A stretch of 64,000 nt of DNA from Hyphomicrobiaceae bacterium (GCA_050330095.1 JBHJOC010000007.1:2820-66819), one strand, 5' to 3'; shown: positions 11,131-21,136, counted from the stretch's first letter. Made by a program: numbers and translations. Notes: generated from the letters alone by a model not told the origin.

Positions 11131-11534
11131 GCAGGCGTCTGGTGCTCGTTGCCGCCGCCGCATTGGTCGACGACGACGGCCACGTGCTCATCACCCGTCG
11201 GCCGGAGGGCAAACCCATGGCTGGGCTTTGGGAGTTTCCAGGCGGCAAGGTCGAGCCTGGAGAGACACCCGAGCAAGCGCTCTATCGCGAACTTTATGAA
11301 GAGCTCAACGTCGAGCCTTGCGTTGGCTGCCTGGCACCGTTCACGTTCGCCTCGCACAGCTACGATGAATTTCACCTGCTCATGCCGCTCTATCTTTGCA
11401 CCCAGTGGGACGGCAGCCTGCAGCCCCGAGAGGGCCAGGAAATCGCTTGGGTGCGTGCGATGAGGCTCGCGGATTACCCGATGCCTGAGGCAGATCGCCC
11501 GCTGATCCCGTTTCTGCGCGATCTCCTCGGGTGA
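11127..11534 (+). CDS. mutT: Nudix hydrolase, MutT-type (deoxy)nucleoside triphosphate pyrophosphohydrolase
   Basis: Nudix box [28 protein letters not shown] start/stop overlap with tpm. The position after argJ is typical of alphaproteobacteria. Confidence 0.85.
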   Translation: MSRRLVLVAAAALVDDDGHVLITRRPEGKPMAGLWEFPGGKVEPGETPEQALYRELYEELNVEPCVGCLAPFTFASHSYDEFHLLMPLYLCTQWDGSLQPREGQEIAWVRAMRLADYPMPEADRPLIPFLRDLLG

Positions 11535-11684
11535 CAACGGCGACGTTTCGGGCCAAGGTCGGACGCTGCTCCTGGGTGCCTTGCACCGCCACCGCTGAGT
11601 GCCAGGCCCGGAGGGCTGGAATTCGCGTGAGCGAAAGCAAGAGGTCGTTTCCAGCTGAAATTGGAACGATCCAGGGAGGCATGG

Positions 11685-12701
11685 ATGGGTCCATTGCAGC
11701 CCCCGCGCAGGACCAATTTCGCCGGAGCACCGCGGCACGTCGGCGTTGAGATCGAGTTTGCAGCACTGACGGCCGAGGCCGCAGCGCATGCGATTGTCCA
11801 ACGGTTCGGTGGCGAGGTCGCACACGTCGATCCGCATCGTTTCGAGGTACGCGGCGCGCGCTACGGCACCTTCAAAGCGGAACTCGATTCCAAATTCGCC
11901 CATCCCCAGGGATATTTTCGCCTTACGGACGAAGGTGTCGACGACGGACTCGACGATGTCCGCCGCGCGCTCAGCCGCTTGTTCGGCGATCTCGGTGCCG
12001 TGGTCATTCCCTGCGAAATCGTCGCTCCGCCTGTGCCGATTGAAGCGCTGCCAGAACTCGACGCGCTGGTGGACGACTTGAGGGCTCAGGGGGCTCGCGG
12101 GTCTGGTGACAGCGTCTTCTATGCGTTCGGGCTCCATCTCAATCCGGATGCCGCGAGCCTATCGCCTGAGTGGATCGTAGACGTCATGAGGGCAGAGATG
12201 CTGCTGTCGGACTGGCTTCGACGCGTCATGGTCATCGATCCGACAAGGGCTCTGACGGGCTTTGCGCCGCAGTTTCCCGACGACTTTGTCCGGCTTGTCC
12301 TCGCCCCCGGGTACCGCCGCGAGATCACCGGAGTGAGAGACGACTATATAACCCACAATCCGACCCGAGATCGCGAGCTCGACCTGCTGCCGCTGCTTGC
12401 CTGGATCGACGAGGCTGGCGTCCGCGGGAGGCTGCCGCACGAGAAGATCGGACGCAGACCCGCGTTTCATTTCAGGTTGCCCAATGCCGCGCTCGACCAG
12501 GCCGATTGGTCGATCACGAGAGAATGGAACCGGTGGTGGCTCGTCGAGATGCTCGCCGAGAACCGGCCTGTCGCTGCAGCGATGGCCGCACGCCACCTCG
12601 ACAACCTCGATGCGTGGCTCCCCGAGGACTGGGCCTTGCGTTCCTCAGCGTTCCTGGTCGAGCTGCTGGCAGAGAAATACCATTTTGACGCAGTGTCTTG
12701 A
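11685..12701 (+). CDS. Putative amidoligase-family enzyme (Amidoligase_2-like)
   Basis: N-terminal HVGVEIEF motif and overall resemblance to the 'putative amidoligase enzyme' family, judged from memory only. The ATG at 11685 lies 5 nt after AGGGAGG. Confidence 0.55.
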   Translation: MGPLQPPRRTNFAGAPRHVGVEIEFAALTAEAAAHAIVQRFGGEVAHVDPHRFEVRGARYGTFKAELDSKFAHPQGYFRLTDEGVDDGLDDVRRALSRLFGDLGAVVIPCEIVAPPVPIEALPELDALVDDLRAQGARGSGDSVFYAFGLHLNPDAASLSPEWIVDVMRAEMLLSDWLRRVMVIDPTRALTGFAPQFPDDFVRLVLAPGYRREITGVRDDYITHNPTRDRELDLLPLLAWIDEAGVRGRLPHEKIGRRPAFHFRLPNAALDQADWSITREWNRWWLVEMLAENRPVAAAMAARHLDNLDAWLPEDWALRSSAFLVELLAEKYHFDAVS

Positions 12702-12819
12702 GCGTACCGGATGCGGTGCGACTTAAGTTTGTTGCCTGAAAGAGTGTTGGCTGGCCGCTCAGGTGTGTTAGGCCGCAAGCGCGGGGGCGTTGAGTGGCAG
12801 GAGCGAGAGGAGCCGGTCC

Positions 12820-13179
12820 ATGTTTGTGTTCGCTTTCAACAAATTGCGCACTGTTTCCGGGCTTGCTGCGTGCGCAGTCGTCCTTGCATTGAGTGCTGGC
12901 GAGGTCGCAGCGAACGCTGCGGCGGATTACTGGCCGAAGGCGCGGTTCGGCAACAAGACATGTTTCACGACACACACCCATTACGGCGAGAGCACCGTCT
13001 GGCCCTCGAAGGCGAGCGCGGAGCGCCATGCCGCACGCGAGTGGGAGCGCTTTACGAAATGGGAGTATGGCCCAACGTGGGCAAGCTATCGCCTCGCGCG
13101 CGTCGTCAATATGAAGTGCAACCGGTCTGGTAGCGGCTGGGTCTGTTCGACGACGGCCTATCCATGCCGGCAGGGCTGA
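12820..13179 (+). CDS. Hypothetical secreted Cys-containing protein
   Basis: The ATG at 12820 follows GAGAGGAG. It has a signal peptide (LAACAVVLALSAGEVAANA) and GC-rich third positions. I recognise no family. Confidence 0.5.
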   Translation: MFVFAFNKLRTVSGLAACAVVLALSAGEVAANAAADYWPKARFGNKTCFTTHTHYGESTVWPSKASAERHAAREWERFTKWEYGPTWASYRLARVVNMKCNRSGSGWVCSTTAYPCRQG

Positions 13180-13481
13180 GCGATCAGGCGCCTTTCCCGG
13201 TGAAGGGATCTGCGTCAGGTCAGGCGGCCGTGGGGATCAACCACGAACCCACGTCAACCTGCACCGGAAATAGTGTCGGCACACCTTTGCATGGCGCCCT
13301 TGCTGGACGGTGGTAGCTTCGCCGCCCGCGTGTGCTAAGACGCTGATGATGCGAGAGCGGCGCGCGCGGCGCGGTCGGTGGTCACGGGGACGAGCACCAC
13401 CGCTGGCCTTTGTTGCGTCGCCCCGCGCCCCATGCGGGGTCGCCTTCGGGCATGCCCCATCGACAGACAGGCAGTGGCGCG

Positions 13482-13766
13482 ATGGACCGGTTTTTCGGTG
13501 GCAATCCGATCAGCGTGATCGTGCGCCTGGTCATTCTTTCAATCATCGTCGGCATCGTGCTGTCGGCATTGGGTATCCGACCGGACAACCTCATCTCCTC
13601 CGTCGAGCGTCTGGCGCGTCGCATCTACGATATGGGCTTTGATGCCATCGATTGGATCCTCGGATACTTTCTGCTCGGTGCGCTCATCGTCGTCCCGATC
13701 TGGCTTTTGACGCGTATCCCGGGCGTGTTCGGCACTCGGAGTCAGAAGCGCGATCATGAGCCATGA
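13482..13766 (+). CDS. Small two-TM integral membrane protein (DUF6460-like)
   Basis: 94-aa product MDRFFGGNPISVIVRLVILSIIVG...GYFLLGALIVVPIWLL resembles a small membrane-protein family conserved in Rhizobiales. Its stop overlaps the MATE start (ATGA). Confidence 0.6.
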   Translation: MDRFFGGNPISVIVRLVILSIIVGIVLSALGIRPDNLISSVERLARRIYDMGFDAIDWILGYFLLGALIVVPIWLLTRIPGVFGTRSQKRDHEP

Positions 13767-13775
13767 GCCATGAGC
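13755..13775. repeat. Heptanucleotide tandem repeat CATGAGC x3
   Basis: Three perfect copies at 13755-13761, 13762-13768 and 13769-13775. They span the stop of the upstream gene and the ATG of the MATE gene. Confidence 0.95.
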
Positions 13776-15127
13776 CCGGTGCCGAGTTGACCGTCGACCG
13801 GCGGGCCCGCCCCCACGCACAGCCCGTTCGACATCGCGATGTGCTCGCCATCGCCGTTCCGATCATGTTCTCGAACGCGACGACGCCGCTTGTCGGATAT
13901 GTCGATACGGTTGTCATCGGACAGTCGGGCTCTGCGACGCTGATCGGTGCGGTGGCGATCGCCTCGAACATCTTCAACTACATCTATTGGATTTTCGGCT
14001 TCCTAAGGATGGGCACGACGGGCTTCACCGCGCAGGCAATGGGCGCTGAAGCCTGGGACGAGGTCGCAGCGCTGCTCGGGCGTGGACTGCTCATCGCCGT
14101 CGCGCTGGGCTGCATGCTGGTCGTCCTGCAGGGGCTTCTCGGCCCGTTTTTGCTGAACCTGATGGGTGCGTCGCCGGCCGTGAAAGAGGCAGCCCTGGTC
14201 TATTTCCAGATCCGGATCTGGGGTGCGCCTGCAGCGCTTGCGAACTTTGCGCTGGTCGGCTGGTTCATCGGGCTCGGGCGTGCCGACATCGCCTTCTATC
14301 TCCAGCTGCTCCTCAATCTCACGAACATGGTGGTCGCGGTCGTGCTCGTCGAGTTCGCGGGCTTTGGCGTTGCCGGGGTCGGGATTGCGGTCCTGGCGGC
14401 TGAGCTACTTGCGGCTGGCATCGGCCTCTGGGTTGCCTTCCGCATCTCCTCAGAGCGGCGCGCCCGCCTCGTTCTGGCCCATGTGCTCGATCCCGTGCGG
14501 CTGAAGAAGTTCTTTGCCGTCAATGGCGACATCATGATCCGGACGCTCTGCCTGATGTTGGCATTCGGCTTCTTCACCGCACAGGGTGCGCGTGCGGGTG
14601 ATTTGACCCTCGCCGTCAACGCGCTGCTGTTCTCGATCGCGATGATCTGCACCTACCTGCTCGACGGCTACGCTTTTGCTGCTGAAACCTTCGTTGGTCG
14701 TGCGATTGGGCGCAAGTCGCGCAAGGAGTTCGATGCCGCAGTAAAAATGAGCACACTCTGGGCAGCGATTACGGCGCTCGGGCTTTCAGTGCTGACCTAC
14801 GGGGCCGGCTCTTGGATGGTCGAGTTCGCAACTCCAAGCGTGGAGGTGCGGGAGGCTGCGCGCTCGTTTCTGATTTGGGCTGCGCTCGTGCCGATCTTCG
14901 GCGTGTGGTGCTTCCAGCTCGACGGCATTTTCATCGGCGCGACGCAATCGGCCGAGATGCGCAACATGATGATCGTTAGTCTGATCATCTATTTGATCGC
15001 AGCCGCAATACTGCCCGGACTGCTGGGGAACGATGGGTTGTGGCTTGCGCTGTTTACGTTCTTCGTTGTCCGGGCCGCGACGCTTGCTTGGCGTCTGCCG
15101 GTTATCCGCGCGCGCATCTTCCCGTGA
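13763..15127 (+). CDS. MATE-family efflux transporter (DinF/NorM-like)
   Basis: 454 aa with about 12 predicted TM helices and the two-fold MATE repeat architecture. Confidence 0.85.
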   Translation: MSHEPGAELTVDRRARPHAQPVRHRDVLAIAVPIMFSNATTPLVGYVDTVVIGQSGSATLIGAVAIASNIFNYIYWIFGFLRMGTTGFTAQAMGAEAWDEVAALLGRGLLIAVALGCMLVVLQGLLGPFLLNLMGASPAVKEAALVYFQIRIWGAPAALANFALVGWFIGLGRADIAFYLQLLLNLTNMVVAVVLVEFAGFGVAGVGIAVLAAELLAAGIGLWVAFRISSERRARLVLAHVLDPVRLKKFFAVNGDIMIRTLCLMLAFGFFTAQGARAGDLTLAVNALLFSIAMICTYLLDGYAFAAETFVGRAIGRKSRKEFDAAVKMSTLWAAITALGLSVLTYGAGSWMVEFATPSVEVREAARSFLIWAALVPIFGVWCFQLDGIFIGATQSAEMRNMMIVSLIIYLIAAAILPGLLGNDGLWLALFTFFVVRAATLAWRLPVIRARIFP

Positions 15128-15163
15128 CGCAATGTCGGCCGGGCGTCGGTCTCAAGGTTCACG

Positions 15164-16087
15164 TCACGACTTGAGACGCTGGACGATCGCCGATGCAAAC
15201 AAGCCCATCGCGACGGCAAGAAGCACTGTGAACACGCCATAGAGCAGGGGGCGATTGTAGGCAAATCCATGCAGATAGCGTTCGATACCCTCGCGCGCGA
15301 GCCCAACGCGGGTTGCAAAGGTGTCGACATGGACACCGTCACGAAACAGGTGGACCTGGGCCTCGAGCGTGCCAACCGGCACGTTCGCCGGTAGGTCGAT
15401 CGTTGTTCTGAAGAGATTTCGACCCACGAACGTGACGCCGAAGTCCTCGCGGACGTAGAGCTTTTCGCGTCCCTTCAGGCGCACGACGGCTTCCTTGAAG
15501 GCCCGCAATTCATTGGGAGGCATCGCTGCCGTGCGCTCGTCCGGTCTTAGTTCGAGGCTGGCAAACCCGATGCTGAAGACCTGACGCGTGGACAGATCAG
15601 CGATCTCTGTCAGGGGGCGCGTCGATGCAACGGCATAAAAGCTCGGGACCCGCTCGAACACCGCAGCGTCCGTGTTGAGCCAAAGGCCGGCGACGCTCGA
15701 CTTGCGCCGGATGATCAAGGGAACCGTCGAGCCTTGCACGACCACCACGACGTCGTAGCGCCCCGAAGTTGCGATATCGGCACGTGCGCCATCGATCGAC
15801 CCGAAGACGACCAGTTCCACGCCCGAGAATGACGACGTGACGGCCACCCGACGGGTGGAGACGTCGGCTTCGACGGTTTCAGGTGGCAGTTCGGCTGCGA
15901 TCGGTTCCAGCGCGGTCTCTTCGTCTGCCTGTGAGGCCGGTGCCGGAAGCTGCGCCTGTGCGACAGGCCGGGCGTCGGCCGGCACTGGGTCCCCTCCGAC
16001 GATCGACGCGAAGCCAATCGCAGCCGCGGTGACGCAGGCGATGGTTCCCAGTCGCAATCGTCGCCAGCCTTGTGCACGGCGCCACAT
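15164..16087 (-). CDS. TIGR02186-family (Alph_Pro_TM) membrane protein
   Basis: Signal peptide, large periplasmic domain and a single C-terminal TM helix (LLYGVFTVLLAVAMGLFASAIV). It lies immediately downstream of a TauE/SafE gene, the usual alphaproteobacterial pairing. Confidence 0.65.
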   Translation of the reverse strand: MWRRAQGWRRLRLGTIACVTAAAIGFASIVGGDPVPADARPVAQAQLPAPASQADEETALEPIAAELPPETVEADVSTRRVAVTSSFSGVELVVFGSIDGARADIATSGRYDVVVVVQGSTVPLIIRRKSSVAGLWLNTDAAVFERVPSFYAVASTRPLTEIADLSTRQVFSIGFASLELRPDERTAAMPPNELRAFKEAVVRLKGREKLYVREDFGVTFVGRNLFRTTIDLPANVPVGTLEAQVHLFRDGVHVDTFATRVGLAREGIERYLHGFAYNRPLLYGVFTVLLAVAMGLFASAIVQRLKS

Positions 16088-16093
16088 CGGGCC

Positions 16094-17023
16094 TCACCCT
16101 CCCCCGCTTTGCAGCCGCGTGATCGAGTAAAGCTCGTCCGGCTCGACGATCAGCCCATAGGCGACCCTCAGACCGACTGCGAGTACGAGGGCCGCCAGAA
16201 GGAACCTCAGCTGCTCTCCGCGCAAGCGCTCCCCTGCGATTGAGCCGAACTGGGCACCAAGCACGCTGCCGACGATCAGGATCAGCGCAAGCATCACATC
16301 GACGGCGAAGTTCGTGTAGGCGTGAAGCAGGGTCGTGACTGCCGTCACGAGCACGATCTGGAAGAGCGACGTCCCGACCACCACGCTAGTGGGCACGCGC
16401 AACAGGTAGATCATCGCCGGGATCATGATGAACCCGCCCCCGACACCCATGATCGCAGCCAGGATGCCGACCAGGAACCCAATCGTGACCGGTGGAATCG
16501 CGCTGATATAAAGGCGCGATGTCTTGAAGCGCATCTTGAACGGCAGGCCGTCCATCCAGGTGTGCTGACCTGAGCGTCGCGGCAGGGCCGTTCCTCCATG
16601 GCGCACGACCCGCAGCGAGCGGATGCTTTCAACCATCATCAGCGCGCCGACGATACCAAGGAATGCAACGTAAAGCAGCGAGACCACGAACTCGAACTGG
16701 CCCGCACGGCGGAGAACGGACACGAACTGCACACCGATGACGGAGCCGACGAGGCCGCCTGCGAGCAGGACGAGGCCGAGCTTGACGTCGACGTTCCGGC
16801 GCTGCCATTGCGCAAGCGCGCCTGACACGGATGCCGCAACCGTTTGTGCCGCGCCCGTACCGACGGCGACAGTAGCTGGAACTCCGAGGAAGATCAGCAA
16901 CGGTGTGATGAGGAAGCCACCGCCAACACCGAACATTCCAGCCAGAAAGCCAACCGCCGCGCCCAGGCCGAGAAAGGTGAACACGTTCACCGACATCTCA
17001 GCGATCGGGAGGTAGAGGTTCAT
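16094..17023 (-). CDS. TauE/SafE-family (DUF81) anion exporter
   Basis: 309 aa, highly hydrophobic. It has duplicated halves with a GxGGG motif (FGVGGGFLITP and MGVGGGFIMIP). Confidence 0.85.
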   Translation of the reverse strand: MNLYLPIAEMSVNVFTFLGLGAAVGFLAGMFGVGGGFLITPLLIFLGVPATVAVGTGAAQTVAASVSGALAQWQRRNVDVKLGLVLLAGGLVGSVIGVQFVSVLRRAGQFEFVVSLLYVAFLGIVGALMMVESIRSLRVVRHGGTALPRRSGQHTWMDGLPFKMRFKTSRLYISAIPPVTIGFLVGILAAIMGVGGGFIMIPAMIYLLRVPTSVVVGTSLFQIVLVTAVTTLLHAYTNFAVDVMLALILIVGSVLGAQFGSIAGERLRGEQLRFLLAALVLAVGLRVAYGLIVEPDELYSITRLQSGGG

Positions 17024-17274
17024 CTCGGGAACCGTGGCCTCGGGTGTCTTGTCACGGCGGAAGTGCGCGATGCCGCAGGCTCGCGAGGAGGCTTCCGGCG
17101 GCCGTCACTTGTCTTTACAGGACTGACGCCGGCCTGCGATAGGTCGATAGTCGACGCGGTCGATAATCACCGCCGGGGCTGTCGAAGCTGTCACGCATGG
17201 CACGGTGACATCAGGGGGGCTGCAACCGCTCGGATCGCCATCTCGCAGCGACTTAAGAAGGGACGCGATCTGCG

Positions 17275-20100
17275 TCACGTCCCCTGCGCACCGGCCTGCC
17301 AAGCCTGGCCAGCAACCGCGGGGTCGTTGGCAAGCGGGACGTAGGGCGCTGGTTGCCATGCCTCGACCTCACCATCGATCTGCCCTCGCCGGTTTGCCTC
17401 AACCTGGCCGCGCAAGGCCTTGGCCTGGGTGTTGGCCTCCGTGTCGCCGGCCTTGGCTGCAAGACTGAACCACCGGTAGGCTTCCGACGCGTCCTTCGCC
17501 ACGCCGAGGCCATTCTGATGCAGGATCGCGATGTTGAACTGGCTGTCGGAGAGGCCAAGCTCTGCCGCACGCCGGAACCAGATCGCCGCGGATCGATAGT
17601 CGGGCGTGCTTTGTCCCGCGGTCAGCACCGCAAGATTATGCATGGCTTTGACCGTGCCCTGATCAGCCGCCTTCATATACCAGAGCTTTGCCGCATTGAG
17701 ATCGCGAGGCACGCCGAGCCCGCGCTCGTAAAGCGTTGCCAACCGATACTGGGCCAGCGCAAACCCTTTCTCGGCCGCACGTCCGTACCATTGAGCCGCG
17801 AGTTTGAAGTCCTGATCAATGCCGCGGCCTTCGGCATAGCGCGAGCCGACCTCGAACTCCGCCGAAGCGTTGCCGTTCGTTGCAGCTGTCCTGAGCGACG
17901 CGGGACCGATCTGTGCCGGTGGGACGAGGGCAGTCCCTGTCAACGGCGTCGCGTCGGTTGTGCGGGCGGCGGCAAAGTCAGGCGCGAGTGCCGCCTGCTG
18001 GGTCGTCGCCCCAGTGACGAGCGGAGGCGTGATTTGGCTGGATGCAGCATATGCTGCGGTCTCGCCATTCAGAGCCGCAAACTCACGCGCTTGCGGATCA
18101 TCAAGGCGTGATTCACGATCGCCTGCCTGCTGAACAGGTTGTGCATCGCCGTCGTGCCGCGGCTCCAGGCGCTCGCGTTCGAGCGTCTCGGGCGTGATCA
18201 ACTGGCGGGCCATGGGCGCTTCACCGCCCTTTGGGAGCATCACGTACGTGCCGACGCCGGCTGCAAGAATGGTCAGTGCCAGACCCGCGACCCAGAGCCT
18301 TGCGCGCGTTCCCGAACTGGTGCTTGCCTCCGCCTCGTCGTCGTCACGGGGTGGCGCCGAGATCGGCGCAGTTGAACCGATGTGGGACGGACTGCTTGTC
18401 AGCTCGGGGCCTCTTTCCGCAGCGCGTTGAGCTGCCCGACGTGCACTCTCGATGAACGCTTCACGGGTCCCCTGGGCTGGCGCAGATTGACCTGGAGCAG
18501 CGGCCTGCATCATCGGCTGTGCGTGCTGCGGGTTGCCGAGGTTTGGTGCCGCCTGGCGCTGGACACGTGGAATGCCGTCATCCCCACCGCCCTGGCGCGT
18601 GATGTTGCGCGGCTGCATGCCCTGCATCGTCGGCCGATCCTGCCCGGGCGACGGGGCAGCTGCGCGCTCGTTCGCTCGGTCAGTCTGGGCCGATGCCGGT
18701 CCCGGCGCCATCGCAGCGGTCCCACGATCGGGTCCCCCGCGGTCCGGCGTGGCGCGCACTTTGTCGACGAGCGCAAGCTGGGCGTGCTCGATCGCGTCCA
18801 TCCGATCGAGCAAGCGGATCATCGCCTGCTGCATGGTGTCGAGCATCGCGTTGGTCTGGGCGCCGCCGCTCTGTTGGCGCTCGACGATGGATTGCACCAG
18901 TTCACGGATCTCGTAAACGCTGCGCTCAGCCTCTGACGGAGCGGCGCTGCCGTCAGGGTCATTGCCCGCTTCGGCAAGCCGTGCTGCGACCGCATCTGCG
19001 AGCAGTGCGACATCGATGTTGGCATCGGTCGGCAGCGGCCGCGCAAGCGCGGCAAGCCGCTCGTCTGAGAACCGTTCGGCGAGCGAGATGACTTCCTGCT
19101 CGATGGTGGCAACGCGATCGAGTTCCTGGCGTGACGCTTCGAATTGGTTGGTAATCTCAGCGAGATACTGTTCGATCGCGGGCAGCGCCGAGAGATCGTC
19201 CCGCGTGACCATGTCCGTGAACGCGCTTTGCATGCGGGCCTCAACATCCGCGAGGCGCATGCTGATCTCGTCGAGCGACACCTCGCTGACGGCCGGTGTC
19301 AAGCGGGAGGCGACTTCGGCGGCGATATCGGCAAACCGAGAGTCGAGCCAACTGCGATCATTGTCGGCGAGTTGCGCTTTGATCGGGTTCGCGGTCGACG
19401 CCAGCATCCGAGCTGCCTCGGCAACGATCGTGTCATCGTCGACTGGCACACCCTGCGGCGCCAGGTCACTTGCATGGTGCTCATAAATCCGGGTCAATGC
19501 TTCCGCAGCGTCCGAATCCCACGTTCCGGGGATCTCTTCGACCGGCTGCGGAGCTGGCTCGACAAATCCGATCGGAGCCGCTGCAACACCAAGCTGCGGA
19601 CCTGGACCAATCTCCTCACGGGCCGAGATGCCTGGGTATCCGGCAGTTGGCTCAACGGCGACGACAGGTGCCACGGTCGCCTGCGAGGCAGCAGGTCCTG
19701 GGCTGGCAGCAGCCATCGCAGGCCGGTCCGTCGAAGACGACGGGTTGCCGCCGCTATCCACACCCCCACGCAAGCCCGATGATGTGTCCTGGAGGTGGCT
19801 CGGCTGTTCAATGGCATCGCGCGGCGCCGTTGCGACCCGGCGGGCGAGATCTGCGATCGCGTCCTCGAGCTTGTCGAAGGCTGTCGCGAAATGGCTCGGG
19901 ACCGAGCGCCGGGCGCCCTGGCTCTTTGCCGACAGTTGACTGAGCTGATCCTGGATGAGGTCGAGCGCACGCGCATTCCGTGTCTCAGCAGCGGCCATTT
20001 GTGAAGCGAGCTGAGCGATCAGCGCCTTCAGTTCAGGAGCCTCGCATGAGGTCGGGTCGGCCCCGGACTTCCGGCTCGTCTGATCGGCAAACTCGGACAT
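17275..20100 (-). CDS. Single-pass membrane protein with a coiled-coil cytoplasmic N-terminus and periplasmic Sel1 repeats (PodJ-like architecture)
   Basis: A TM helix (LWVAGLALTILAAGVGTYVML) lies about 320 aa from the C-terminus. The C-terminal region carries four or more Sel1-type repeats (AQWYGRAAEKGFALAQYRL, AKLWYMKAADQG, AIWFRRAAELG, AYRWFSLAAKAG). The ATG at 20100 follows GAGGGG by 6 nt. An alternative ATG lies at 20106. Confidence 0.6.
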   Translation of the reverse strand: MSEFADQTSRKSGADPTSCEAPELKALIAQLASQMAAAETRNARALDLIQDQLSQLSAKSQGARRSVPSHFATAFDKLEDAIADLARRVATAPRDAIEQPSHLQDTSSGLRGGVDSGGNPSSSTDRPAMAAASPGPAASQATVAPVVAVEPTAGYPGISAREEIGPGPQLGVAAAPIGFVEPAPQPVEEIPGTWDSDAAEALTRIYEHHASDLAPQGVPVDDDTIVAEAARMLASTANPIKAQLADNDRSWLDSRFADIAAEVASRLTPAVSEVSLDEISMRLADVEARMQSAFTDMVTRDDLSALPAIEQYLAEITNQFEASRQELDRVATIEQEVISLAERFSDERLAALARPLPTDANIDVALLADAVAARLAEAGNDPDGSAAPSEAERSVYEIRELVQSIVERQQSGGAQTNAMLDTMQQAMIRLLDRMDAIEHAQLALVDKVRATPDRGGPDRGTAAMAPGPASAQTDRANERAAAPSPGQDRPTMQGMQPRNITRQGGGDDGIPRVQRQAAPNLGNPQHAQPMMQAAAPGQSAPAQGTREAFIESARRAAQRAAERGPELTSSPSHIGSTAPISAPPRDDDEAEASTSSGTRARLWVAGLALTILAAGVGTYVMLPKGGEAPMARQLITPETLERERLEPRHDGDAQPVQQAGDRESRLDDPQAREFAALNGETAAYAASSQITPPLVTGATTQQAALAPDFAAARTTDATPLTGTALVPPAQIGPASLRTAATNGNASAEFEVGSRYAEGRGIDQDFKLAAQWYGRAAEKGFALAQYRLATLYERGLGVPRDLNAAKLWYMKAADQGTVKAMHNLAVLTAGQSTPDYRSAAIWFRRAAELGLSDSQFNIAILHQNGLGVAKDASEAYRWFSLAAKAGDTEANTQAKALRGQVEANRRGQIDGEVEAWQPAPYVPLANDPAVAGQAWQAGAQGT

Positions 20101-20488
20101 CCTCATCCCCTCGAAGTCCGTTGTTTTCCAACGACTCCGCAGTCAGTCAAGCTGCTTTGCGAGGGAATGCACATGCATACCTCATCGGCGCTGACGATGC
20201 GAAGTCCCGAAACGCCACGCGGCACTGAGGCGACTCTATCGCCGAGACGATGCGCGCCGAGAGTAAAGGTTCAGTTAAACAGGAGCTCATTCAACACGCG
20301 ATCCATGCTCTGTCGACTGGCTTGCATCACAAGGGTTCGCCGATGCAGCGCTGGTGAGGTGCCGCGCCTAACGTGGTCGGTCCGTGCACAGAAGACGGCG
20401 TCAATCAAGGCACGATCGCCTTACATCTGCGCATTTCCGTGATAGACGCGATCTGAAGGTTGTCCGCAATCGCATGTGGAGGTGGGCG

Positions 20489-21094
20489 ATGACCCCGAAT
20501 TTGAAACGATTCGCCGTGTTCGCCGTGCTTTTCGCGGGCCTTCACTGGCCCGCGCAGGCAACCGGTGAGACCGAGACACAGGGGCGCTTCACGATCAGCC
20601 CGACCGATGGCGGCTTCGTGCGCCTCGACAGGCGAACCGGCGCGATGTCCTTTTGTCGGCGCGAGGATGGCCGCTGGTCCTGCAGCGACATGGCGGGTGC
20701 CGCAGGGGCGGAGGTCGCGCCGGGGACCCCAACCACAGGCGTTGATGACAGCCGCGAAAGTGAAGCAGTCAAGGCGTTGCGCGAGGAGAATGCGCGGCTC
20801 AGGGAGGAGATTGCGCGCCTCGATGCCCTGCTGGGCCTGGAGCCTCGTCAGGACAGCCGCAGGCCCGGCCTTCCGCCACTCCTACCCCGACCGGAAGGCC
20901 GGCCATTCGCCGAAAATTTCCAGTTGCCCTCCGAGCGCCAGGTCGAGCAGGCGCTCGACTACTTCACAAGCATTCTGCGCAAGTTCCAGGACAAGTTGAA
21001 GGAACTCGAGGATGGCGCGCGCGGCGTGAGGCCTGAGACGCCCGAGCCAGAGTCACCGCAATCCGAACAACCGCAGGGCGACCGGCCGCTGTAG
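20489..21094 (+). CDS. Hypothetical secreted protein with a coiled-coil segment
   Basis: The ATG at 20489 follows GGAGGTG. It has a signal peptide (FAVFAVLFAGLHWPAQA), a Cys pair and a leucine-rich coiled coil (LREENARLREEIARLDALL). Confidence 0.55.
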   Translation: MTPNLKRFAVFAVLFAGLHWPAQATGETETQGRFTISPTDGGFVRLDRRTGAMSFCRREDGRWSCSDMAGAAGAEVAPGTPTTGVDDSRESEAVKALREENARLREEIARLDALLGLEPRQDSRRPGLPPLLPRPEGRPFAENFQLPSERQVEQALDYFTSILRKFQDKLKELEDGARGVRPETPEPESPQSEQPQGDRPL

Positions 21095-21136
21095 ACCAAG
21101 ACCGCCATTTCTGGACGTGATGGGATGATGTCGCTC

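Noticed and set aside
17260-17283. Hairpin GGGACG-N12-CGTCCC enclosing the stop codon of the Sel1-repeat gene, followed on the minus strand by UUCUUAAGU
   Set aside because: The stem is only 6 bp, the loop is 12 nt and the U-tract is interrupted. This is too weak to call an intrinsic terminator.
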